Assembly (NCBI GenBank): GCA_016748015.1
Contig: JAAOMT010000211.1
Span: 178,248 to 242,247 of the forward strand
Direction: 5' to 3'
From: Geosiphon pyriformis uo1
Lineage: Eukaryota; Fungi; Glomeromycota
DNA length: 64,000 bases
In this document: piece after piece, positions 52,715 through 64,000 of the stretch
Numbering within the stretch: position 1 is the first letter of the stretch
Layout: each line of letters begins with the position of its first letter
Position numbers and translations under genes: made by a program
Notes under the pieces: generated by a model
Seen by the model: only the letters and a program-made list of their open reading frames with translations
Told to the model about the DNA's origin: nothing
Database searches by the model: none

Positions 52715-53134
52715 TTTTATTCAATTTTTTGAGTATAGTCTAATTATTATCTAGTATACAGAATCAAAACTAAGAATTTAGCCCAATATTTAACAAACAT
52801 AAAAAGAGAGACTTCATAATTATAAAAGACAACAGAGTATAAGACTCTATCAGCAATCTTCAAATTTCAATCTGGTTAAGCAAAATTTTTATATAAAACT
52901 CAGCCTTCTTAAAACATATAAATATATGATCACAAAATTTAATCTTCTTACAATGTAAACACAAAACACTTGGATATTTTTTGTCATAAAATTTTTTTTT
53001 GACTGCAATAAAAAGTCTTTTGTAGATTATTTTTATAAAATATGTGTACAAACCAGTTAAAGTCTTATTTGTGAAGCTTAACAATATGTATAAATCTAGA
53101 TGTCAAACTGCAGTAGTCTGAATTTAATTAATAT
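52715..53134 (-). mobile_element. LINE 3' fragment with internal deletion
   Basis: YPSVLCLHCKKIKFCDHIFIC Zn finger; terminal part of the 3' module at 52715-52770. Confidence 0.8.
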
Positions 53135-53733
53135 TATTACAAGTTAGAATAATAAGCTAACAGATAGCAAGAGAGAACAAAATTGTAAAGTGATAAAAGG
53201 AATTAAATAAAATTCAACTTCAAAGAGCAAATTGAATAAGTATAGATTCAATGTGTGAAATCAGTCTCATAAAATATCTCAGTTACTATACTTTTCAAAG
53301 AATAACCAGGAATTTGAAGGTAGAAGAATAGTCCATACTGTCAACAAATAATTACACCTGATATAATTCTATGCTTTACATTGGTGCTTTTAGAATTCAA
53401 TATCAAGTATCAAATGTACTCTTCAGTCATGTTTTATTCAATAATCTTTAAATGCTGCAATTACATGTTTCAGGAAAAAGATAGGAAATAACCAATAAGT
53501 AGTCTTTTATCTCAAGATGTTCAGATACTTAAAGGTAGAGAAAGAGAATTTAGCAATAAAAAAGTGATTGAGATGAAAGTTATTATTTTATTTATTTAAT
53601 TTCCTTGATTTCTACATGTTTTTCTACAGCTAAGAGATTCATTACTTATATAGCTATCAAAAATAGTCAATGATTAGGTCAACAACTAGGTCATTAATTA
53701 GGTCATTAATTAGGTCAATGATCAGGTCAATGG

Positions 53734-54344
53734 TATTATCTGAGTAGAAAAACCGATCTGAAGTTAGAAAAAATGTGACCAGAATATGACATAACACAGA
53801 ATAGTGCACAATAATATTAGATAACACATTATAACTTAAAATAGTGCAGGATAATACGTTATAATGTAAAATAATACAGAATAACATGTAATAACACCAG
53901 ATAACATGTTATAACATAGAATAACTGGGAATAACATAGAAGAATAAAGCAATAACAGAAATAACAAAAGCAATAGTTAGCAATAATGAAACAATCAGAA
54001 GCAATCCTGTAAAACCAAAAAAATATATAAAAGCAAGTAGTTATAGAAAAAAAAGACAGACAGAGAGATACAAACTACTAGACAAGAAACAAATATCTAT
54101 TATCCCTCCTTATTTATTATATTTCCATATTTATTTTCTGAAATAAATCAATTATTAAAGAAATCAAAATCACGAGTTCATGTTCTCAAACTGTATGAGA
54201 TTTACATGAATTAACCATTGTTTTGTACCTTTATTTTAAGACAGATGCTCTTAGCATAACTGTCTTGAACTATTAATGATTTGGACCAATCACTCTTGAT
54301 TACAGCGATTGATGATACTAATTTATCTTTTCTTATATTTTTTT

Positions 54345-54438
<94 letters not shown>

Positions 54439-54520
54439 CTTTTTTTTTTTTTCTCTTTTTTTTTTTTGTTTTTTATTGTTTTTTGTTATTTTGTGTTTTT
54501 NNNNNNNNNNNNNNNNNNNN

Positions 54521-54554
<34 letters not shown>

Positions 54555-54954
54555 TTTTTACCTTTTTTTGTGAAATAGCAACATAGTAAAATTGATTGTC
54601 TGGAAATAGACTTTGTGATAGCCTGGTAAAAGAAGAAGGCTCCCCCTAGGTTTTGGATATTAATGTTATCTTGTTAGCTTACCAGAAGGGTGAAAAGATA
54701 CTGCTAGACCCTAACAACTGTGCTCATTAGCTTGGAAAAAAAAGCTTACATTTATGGAAAACATTGCAATTGATGAAAGATAAACTCTGTGTCTTATAAT
54801 CAAAGAACTCAATGGGTAAATTCACATTCAGAAATAGACTTTCAGAGACTGATAATCAAGATTAAGCCAACAGAATCACATGGAAAATGTATCACCAATA
54901 ATTAATAGCACCAAATGTTACCATTTTCATTACCCACCAAGTTTATCTGTAACA
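53734..54954 (+). mobile_element. Solo LTR family C inserted in the family D LTR
   Basis: Ends atctgtaaca; TSD atgg/acgg; splits the 12-bp array; ataaca-based U3 repeats; TATA at ~54023; contains poly-T and N gap (54501-54520). Confidence 0.75.
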
Positions 54955-55042
54955 ACGGTCAGGTTATTAATCAGATCAATGATCACTTTCTAAAAATAAA
55001 GTGGCTAATTTATATGACATTAATGGCTAATACATGTGATAA

Positions 55043-55510
55043 TTAATAAAAAGTATAAATTTCAATTATAATATTGTTCTCTTCAAAGAAATTAAGCTCT
55101 GACAAAATCAAGTTATTTATGGTGTAATCTATTTGAAGAGTTTTATTTAACTCAAAACTAATTAGTTTGTTGAAGTCTTTTATGAATAGAATATATAATA
55201 CTTGAAATGAAATAAGTTTTGTATTCAAGAGACCAAATCTTTGTATTAGAATTTTGGCTTTTCTAACAATAGTTAAAACTCTTGGGACATCTAACTGTAT
55301 AATATCCAAAATTTCTGTCTGTATTTTTGAAGTTGTTTTTTTCATGAGTTTTATATCCTCTATGATTTCATCAAGACAACCATAGAGTTCTAATTGTCTT
55401 CTATATGACAAGTTTTTATCTATGAGTAAGATTTTTTGGAGTGTTTTTCCAATTGTGTTGGAAAGTAGGAGTATAGCTACTGTTATACTTTTTAACAAAT
55501 ATTTATTCAT
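55043..55510 (-). CDS. Uninterrupted 155-aa accessory ORF of family D element
   Basis: ATG start overlapping the upstream stop (ATGA); reads through the PPT into the LTR; no known motif. Confidence 0.55.
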   Translation of the reverse strand: MNKYLLKSITVAILLLSNTIGKTLQKILLIDKNLSYRRQLELYGCLDEIIEDIKLMKKTTSKIQTEILDIIQLDVPRVLTIVRKAKILIQRFGLLNTKLISFQVLYILFIKDFNKLISFELNKTLQIDYTINNLILSELNFFEENNIIIEIYTFY

Positions 55511-58500
55511 TTTACTATCAATTCTTTTTTTCTGGTAGTAGTTTTTTTTGGTTTAATAACAGTATGTATTCTATTATTATCAGTTATAATGATTTGTTTT
55601 TCAATGATTAGAATAGCATTTGGATAGTTTTTTGATCCAATACTCATAGAGAGTATAAAAGGCATTATTACTCATAAAAAAGAAAACAGATATAGAAAAA
55701 TAGTAGACCAATAAGAGAGTAGTAATTAGCACATGAGCATATTGCTCAGCAATGTGAATATTGCTTGAGAAATTATAGCACATTGCTCAAGAATGGGAGC
55801 AATCTCATAGAACCCAAATTATGTATATATAGTGGTAGCATTAGAAGTAGTAAAAACAGACCTCTCAGTTTAGATTTTATCTAAGCAACCTTTTAATCCT
55901 CAAATATCAAAAAATAATTATTCTCTATCTTAAATTCACTCCCACTATTAACACTTCATGTTGATAATAATTGATACTTAACCACACTGAAACAATAGCT
56001 CTTAATTATGGCTATTAAGGGAATACTAACTTGTAATTGATTTTGTTTATTTTCTTTTATTTTTCTTTTATTTTTTTTGTTTACTAATTGATTAAAGATT
56101 AAGTGCTGAGTTATTGATGTTAAAGATAGCCTGGTAAAAGATCTCAAAGGAAGAGTATAAGAATTATATATATTAACAGATAGCTTACCAGAAGAGCATC
56201 TCTGCCAGATTATTGGCCACCACACTGAGAAAGAAATTCGATAGAATTGCAATTCTAAAAGACTACTGGAAAGACAACAATTAAATCTCTGTTTATTATA
56301 CAAAAAACTTAACTCTAAAAACCTTCAGATACAACCAATGTACCAGTATTACCAGCATTATCAAGATATTGAGCACCAAATTATGGATTTGTTATTTGAT
56401 TTGAGATCCCAAATAATCATCTGTAACATTTGGTGCTCCCTGTGAGATATAATCCTACAAAGAACTAGCACTAACTATACCCATTCCAAAAGTGGCAGAA
56501 TCAGAAAGAATAAAAGCAAACCATTTAGAATTCACAAAATTCTTATTTCAACACTACTGTCAACATTTGGGATTAAACCATAATCACAAATCAGCAGAAT
56601 CAGCCTTCAATTTCTACATCAATGAGAGAATTGCCTATCTGTTAGGAACACCAGTAAATACCAAATCAGCAAAAGAAACTTTTTATAATGAATTAATTCA
56701 AAACACTAGTCTACCAACAAACCACAATTTTGCATTCATTATCACAGAAATCAATAAAGAAATTGAATATCACACTCAACAAAGATACCCAATTACATAC
56801 ACCAGTAAAAGAAAAGGAAAACTGCAAACACCAGCAGTGATATCTCAAAGAATACAACCACCCACTTGGAAGAAAACCAGAGTTGAATCGCCAACAAACC
56901 CATCATATCACTATACACCTAGAAGTGACATTAACATCTTATCAACAGGCACATCTACATCAACTACGACATTAACATTTGGACAATTTTTATTCCAGAG
57001 TAAACAAAGGAAAGAAGATTTTCTAGAACCACATGGCACATATTTTGAAAGATTCAAGTCACAATTGCCAATGCCATTAGAACTTCAATTTCTGCCACCC
57101 CAATCCAATTTTGAAACCACAAGTCCTTGAGAAATAACAGAATCGGAAGAAGAACAAAAAAAAGAAGAAGAAGAATCAGAAGATTAAGAATTTACTTACC
57201 AGAACCCAATCCCAGAAAACCCAGAAATTGAAACCCTGAATTTGCAAACTCAGCAAAATCTAAACTTAAAAAATCCAGAAATTGGAACTCTGAATATTTA
57301 AACACCACCAAATTAAGACAATCCAAACCCCAAGTTAATTAATCAGCAAAACTTACTTCCAGAAATTGTCATCAACCCATCACTAGTTGACGCACCACAA
57401 CAACTACTGCCACAACTTCTGATTCAATTACTACCACAATAACAACAACTGAACTTGGATCCAATGGTCTACGCTCCAATAGCAAAACTTAAGAAGTTTA
57501 CCAGTGAAGAAAATAATGTCCAAATATGGCTCAATGATGTTGAAAAGGCCATCATGGCCAACAGATAGAATGACACGAGAGCACTCCAAGCCATCCCCTA
57601 TTTCTTATAGTATACTGCTGACTTGTGATATCAAAGTTTAGCCACCAAATCTTAAACATTCCAGGAATTTAAAGTTGCATTCTTAGAATATTTCAGTAAT
57701 AATAACAGCATTAATCACCTAGCAAATACTTTCACTACCATCAAACAAGGAGAAAATGAAGCAGTCACTACTTACTTAAGATGTTTCCACAGAAATCTGC
57801 ACCAAATTCAGGCCATACAGGCTGATTATTTCACAGTGCCACAAATCTTAAATTAATTCATTAGAGATCTGCACAGTAGTATTCTCCAACATGTATGCCC
57901 TATACATTCAGCAGATTTTCAAGCTGTAGTTACAAATGCCAGAGATTTTAAAGCAGCTGAACTCGAAGCTAACTATGCCCAAGCCATTAATCTAGTAATA
58001 AATAGATTATCTGAATTGGATTCCAAATTGAAACAATTTAGTAATTCTATCAATCAGAAATTAGAAGGATACTTAGCTGACAATCGCACAATTTATCAAC
58101 TACTACAACAATGCAATAATTTTAGAAATGCGAATTGCTTCCAAAATCAGTCATGTCTAACATCCTCAACCAATCAACAGTAGCAGTAGGAGATACGTGC
58201 TTGTCATTATTGTGGTAAACAAGGACATTTACAGTTTAAATGCCATAAATGACTAAATGAACAAAGATTAGACCATTAGTATCGAAACTCTGATTGTCAA
58301 CTACAAACTTAGAATTATGTCAATAATTAATCATTGGAACTGTATTAACTGAATTATCTACCTATGACACAACAGCCAATCTATCAACTGCCAATTTATT
58401 AGCCAACAATACCCATCAGTTATCAACTGCAGCCCCAATTCATTTATCAGCCGCAGTCTTAGGTAATTTATTAGCCCCAACAAATTCAAATACTGCTGCA

Positions 58501-59898
58501 GAACTTATCTCAAAACAAAATCCAAAGACTGAGATTGACACACCAGAGCTGGAGATCGTTGATGGTAATCCATTAACCAATTCTCAGTTCTATGACACAA
58601 CCATCAAGATCTTGACAATGGAATTTGAGCACCGGAAACTCCCAAAACCCGAATGCCCAATATTATTTAAGTTTTTTGGTTACCTCAGAAGACGCCTCAC
58701 CCAACAACTTGGAAACCAACCAAAAACAATTACCCACCAACAATATACCTCCAGTCATTGTCATCAATGACAAATCACTAACAGCAATCTTTTTGTTCGA
58801 ACTCAAGGAAACTACACCAGTCCCATTATTCAGTAGAGCCACTCTTGATACCAAACCAATTACCGCCATGTACACTGACACAAAAGTTGATGGCCACGTC
58901 ATCAAACTGATTCTAGATAATAGATCAGCTGGCAGTATCATCACATAACAACTCATAGACCAATTAGATCGCAGAGTTGATTGTGCTACCAGCATGCACA
59001 TAATTATTGCTGATGGAGTGACCAAAATGCCAATTGGTGAAATTAATAACTTCTCTTTCGAAGTCAATGGCATCATTACTCCTATCAAAGTCCTAGTGAT
59101 AGAAGCAACCCAATATTAAGCATTGGTAGACAACAATTGGTTATCCAAAACTAATGCCATACTCAATTGAATCACTCAAAAACTGCAATTCAGCCAAAAT
59201 AGCTAACACACCCAAGTACCAGCAACCTGTGGTCATTTCAAATCCAGCACTGTTAAGCAACCACTAATTGAGTTCAAGAAAGACAAAAAAAAACCAATGT
59301 GGGAAGCATATCAAGTCTCCTGGGCCAACGAAAACTATAATGAGTTACTGCTCATACTATTCTAAGACAACAACAGCAAAGGAAAGCAAAAGGACATAGA
59401 ACTTACTTGGAACACTGACCAAGCCTGAAAAACCAACAATGATCAAGATAAAATAACAAAGTAAGAATGGAAAGAAGCTAACAATAAGAGAAAAGGAAAA
59501 GAGGAGGAGAATAATCCAACATCAACCACTACTTATAATCACTATACCTACACTACACCACAACAATCCACCTATTATCAACCAAAACTCATATGTGTCA
59601 ATTGTGGCAAGAAATTGTTGTCAATAAGTGTATGCTGTGGCAATGATGAGAAATACTTAACAGTGACCAAATTCTACTGTCGCATATGCATTATAGAATG
59701 CTTTGGATAACCAAAATGGAAAGAAAAATGAGACAACAAACCTTGTCTAGCTTGCAGAGAAACATTACTTGACAAAAAAATGTGAAATAACATTTCTGGT
59801 CGAGAGGAAACATGTGACACTTCGTGCCAATACACAATTCTCATCAATGACTGAGTTAGAAAAGAGACACCAATAGAAGCCACCTGGAGAAGAGCCGT

Positions 59899-60878
59899 TG
59901 TTACCAGACAAAATTAGAGATATTACTTAGCATAAAATTATCTTTATAATTTCTATCATTAATTAGCATATATTATCGTTCAAATTATTACTTATTACAT
60001 TAGCAAAATGTCTGAAATTATCATTTAATTAATAACCCAAATTGTACATAACATAAATGTAACCTAATTGCAATGATCAATCATGTAATATTCTGAACTA
60101 TATAACATTCAAAAAGTTCGCCGAAATTTGTAGAAATTTGCTGAAATAATTAATAGTTCACTGAAATATCTAATAGTTCACAGAAATAACTTGTAGTTTG
60201 CCAAAATGTATTTTTAGTTCAACAAAATTGTAGAAAATAGCAGAGTTCAAGTTCAGAGAATAGTGTTATGACAAGTTGTATAAAAGAAGAGCTTCTCTCT
60301 TCGAGAAAATATATCTTATTTCAGATTTAACAATTAGAATCATCCTTTATACACAAAAACAAAATAAATATTAAATAATTTGAAAAACCAAATTCTTTAA
60401 TTATTGTACTTGGAAAATTCTCAAAACCCAACTAATGTTTTGAAATTGATTAGCTACCAATTTCAATAAACTGTTAGTGACTTCAGGCCTGGATTGAAAA
60501 CAATTTTCTTGACAGAATTCAATTTTCTTTTACATTTCTTTTATTTTTCTTTTATTTTCTTATCATAATCATTAGGGTAACTTACAGACGAGATTCCTGT
60601 AGAAGAGTTGACTTTCACAGCAAAGTAACTACACATTTTTAGTGAGCTTCCAGACGAGCAATTTCTGAGAAAAAGTTGATGTTTACTACAATGTAACTAC
60701 ACAAAGCAACTGATATGGAATTGGCTATTTCACTTATAAGTCTAGCAGTTCAAATTATAGGAGATAATTTGAAGATAAATTCATTTATTGGAGGTTTAAC
60801 TACTTCTAGAAAATGTGAATTTACAGCAAACAGGTATTAATAACTATTAAGAAAAAAGACCAAAAACTTCCAGTAACA
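59899..60878 (+). mobile_element. Solo LTR family B (980 bp) inserted in pol of element 2
   Basis: tgttac...gtaaca; TSD ccgt/ccat; removing it restores WRRAVQ as in element 1. Confidence 0.92.
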
Positions 60879-61454
60879 CCATACAATAATTGGACAGTTG
60901 TCCATACGATGACAATAAAATATGAAGAATGACAATTACCAAAATAGAAGGAGCATTCTCTGAAGAAATCAGAGAAATCAAAAACAACTCCCCAGAGCTC
61001 ATAGAACTTGACTGAGACCCAGAACCAGTCAAAAATCTCTTAGACCCACAACAATTTTACGAACACTATTAAAAGCTAGTACCTACAAGAGAAAAACAGG
61101 AGCAACACTTGGAAAAAATCAACACTTAACTATATGATCACTGTTTGATTCCATGTGATTTTCAATATTGTAATGAGTATAACTTCATTTACAATCCACC
61201 ATCAAGCATGATCTACACAATCTCAGAAGAAAACGAACCAATGAGCAGCTGTGTATCAGAATCAGAATCAAATTTTAATCCCAATTCAAACTCTGACAAC
61301 AATGATGACAAAAATAATGGTTTTAGCTCCATTCAAAATGGCAATAAAATTATCAACAATTCAGATTCTGATTCAAATCCCAAAATATACATTGCACTTC
61401 CTAATCTCTTCAAGAAGCAGAAACTTAAATAGTATAGTGACAATAATAAAGATA

Positions 61455-61850
61455 TCATGCCAGAACGTGCACATGATATTGATGCAGGGTTTGATCTAAA
61501 ATATCCAAAGAAGGATGCCATTAAATTGGAATCTCATTTGTGCATCTGCATTGATCTCAAAATAGCACTGGAAATTCTAGCAACAACTATAGTTTAATTA
61601 GTATCTAGAAGTAGCCTAGCAAAAAAAGGAATCAACATCAAAGAAGAGATAATTGATGCAAGATATGTGGAAAATATCATTGCTATGCTACAAAATAACT
61701 CAGAAAAAGTCTACATTATAGATCCAAACAAAAAAATAATACAGGCAATATTTTTATCTCTGGTTAAAATAGCTAAATTAGTATCAATAAGAAACAGGAA
61801 AGAATTAGGGATAACAGCAAGAGAAATACAGGGATTTGGATCTATGAATA
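61455..61850 (+). pseudogene. dut: dUTPase domain, element 2
   Basis: DAGFDL, SRSSL, IIDARY, KIIQAI, REIQGFGSM. Confidence 0.9.
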
Positions 61851-64000
61851 GAATAGATGTACCAGTTAATATAACAGAGGAAAAAATTACTGACAAGGGA
61901 GAAATTATCTCCACTTGTCAACCAATTTTTATTCCACTATATGACCAGTACATGGTAGTTATAGAAAGGAAAGTAAAAGATCAGGTTCAAATTTTTGAGG
62001 CAAAAGCAACACTGTGTAAATCAGGAGAGATTGAACTTACCAATCTTCACATACCAGCCAAGAACCATAATCACATCAAAATTCCCATCTATAACAACAC
62101 TGAAAATGTTGTAGAGATACCAGAAAGAACCATCATTGGCTATTTAACCACCAAAATTAAAGACCAACAGCCAGACACCATTTTAGATTTTCCATAACTA
62201 TGTAGATATGTGAATATTACATCACAAACCATATATGGATGAGAAAAATGTTATCTACTTCAACTGGAACAGTTGGAACAAATGAACATGAGAAATTTAG
62301 ACCCACTTTAATGTATGCAACTTAAGATGTTACTCAATAATTTCAATGACATCTTTGCCAGCAAAAACAAATTTGGCAGAACCAACATAATCCAGCATCA
62401 AATCAAGACCAGAGATACAATGTCAATCAAACAATGAGCATACAAAGTACCACCAGCCAGCCATGAAATCATTCGTCAAAAAATTAACCAGATGCTTGAC
62501 AACAGATTAATTCAATTATTAATGAGCTCATGGTCATCACCAATGGTACTGGTTCATAAAAAGAATAGAAAAGTCCATTTTTGTGTAGACTACTGAAAAC
62601 TGAATAAAGTGATTAAAAGTGATAGCTATTCAACCCCAAAGATTCAAGAATTATTCGATGCTTTCAGCAGAAAGAAATGGTTTTCAACATTAGATTTAGA
62701 CAGTGGTTACTGGCAAGTAATTATGAAGCCAGAAGATAAGAAAAAAACAGCTTTTACAAAACGAGAAGAGAATTTTGAATTTGAAGTTATGCTATTTGGC
62801 TTGATAAATGCTCCAGTGACATTCCAACAGTTTATGGAAATTGTCTATACTAGATTACTATGGAAATCAGTAGTCGTATACTTGGAAAAAACTGAACTCA
62901 AGTTTTTGGGACATGTGGTGAGCAAAAATAGAATCAAAATGGATCCAGACAAAATTGAAATTGACAAGAACTTTCTAGTACCAAATAATCTTACAGAATT
63001 GAGAGCATTCTTGGGATTTGCTGGATACTACTGCCACTTTATTAAAAACTTTTCCAAAATAGCTCAACCACCACACCAGCTCCAAACAAAGAACACCAAA
63101 TATGAATGGACAGAAACCCAACAAAAAGCTTTTAATACATTAAGAAAAAAGCTTATTCAAGTCGATCTATTCAGATCATAGCAAGCTATTCATAATTACA
63201 ACTAATGCATCTGGTCAAGTATTGAAAGCAGTACTATTACAGAAAAAACCAGATGGAAAAGAACATCCAGTAGCTTATGCCAGTAGAAGCTTAAGTCTAA
63301 CTGAAAAGAACTATGAAACTCTAGCACTAGAACACTTAGCAATATATTGAGCTGTCATCAAGTAGAAGGAATACTTGAGTCAGAAGTTTGAGGTGTATAT
63401 TGATCATAAGGGATTGACTTTAATTCAGAAACAAGAATTTGGAGACAACCATCATGCCAAATGAAAAATAAAACTTTCACCATTTAAGGAAAAGACAATG
63501 GAAATGCCAATGGTTTGTCATGAATAAGACAAATCTAAAAACATTTCAACCCAAAAATATAACAAAAGATGAATATACAAAAATACCAACAACTTCAACA
63601 TTATATAAATACTCAATTGTTTAAAGAAAAATTATCTCAAAAAGAACAAAACAACATAAACCAACAATTAAAATATTTTATCAGTTATCAAAATATATTG
63701 TACCAGAAAAACAGAAAAAATCCAGACCAGTCAACAAGAGTAGTTACAAAACCAGAGAAAGATACAATATTGTTCAATATGCATTCAAATTCAACAGCAG
63801 AATATTTTCATAAAGAAGCAACTATAGAAAAAACTAAAAAAAATACTATTGGCCATCAATGTATCTAGATATTATCCAGTATGTTCAAAATTGTGATGCT
63901 TGTCAGAAAAGAGGAGGAACAGAATTCAGTGAACCATTGAAACCAATCAAAATGGGACAACTATTTGATTACATTGGAATTGACTTAGTCAGACCATTAA

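Larger units (their letters stand above)
53135..55665 (-). mobile_element. 3' end of LTR element family D (3' LTR 53135-55073, PPT, accessory ORF)
   Basis: Decayed termini tattac (53135) / ataata (55073); PPT-like gaagagaacaa; 12-bp U3 repeats (gtcaatgatcag); TATA at ~53650. Confidence 0.6.
55666..64000 (+). mobile_element. Ty3/Gypsy element 2 (family A), runs off the window in integrase
   Basis: 5' LTR 55666-56428; PBS tggtgctccctgtgag 56431-46; gag 56492-58300 (CHYCGKQGH); PR ~58870; dUTPase ~61455-61850; RT ~62400-63150; RH; IN (CDAC at ~63892). Confidence 0.95.

Noticed and set aside
54281-54586. Poly-Phe ORFs
   Set aside because: Poly-T tract beside an assembly gap; length is probably unreliable
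55956-56303. Antisense LTR ORF (LQVSIPLIAIIKSY) recurring in family A LTRs
   Set aside because: Conservation is explained by the nucleotide-level hairpin; the frame is not maintained in other copies

Overview
AT-rich eukaryotic (fungal) DNA; the element families and gene structures suggest Glomeromycotina/Mucoromycota, by inference only. About 85% of the window is nested, decayed transposable elements. These include several APE-RT-RNaseH LINEs; two Ty3/Gypsy elements with a dUTPase and a large Cys-rich insert between protease and RT (one complete, inserted in a LINE ORF1 with a 4-bp TSD); solo or partial LTRs of at least four families; two copies of an ORF1-only LINE derivative; and a non-autonomous hAT-like element. 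A CpG-retaining gene island (~31.9-39.9 kb) holds mitochondrial ribosomal protein S16, RPB11 and an F-box/LRR gene. Most notable: (i) a ~130-nt 3' module, reconstructable as a three-way-junction RNA, shared by about 10 LINE ends from divergent families and by the ORF1-only element; (ii) accessory ORFs in the env position that run through the PPT into the 3' LTR in two unrelated LTR families; (iii) a dUTPase, a pseudo-dUTPase-like block and a Zn-rich domain in pol; (iv) transition-only, multi-context C-to-T hypermutation confined to repeats. All alignments were done by eye, and boundaries of decayed copies are approximate.
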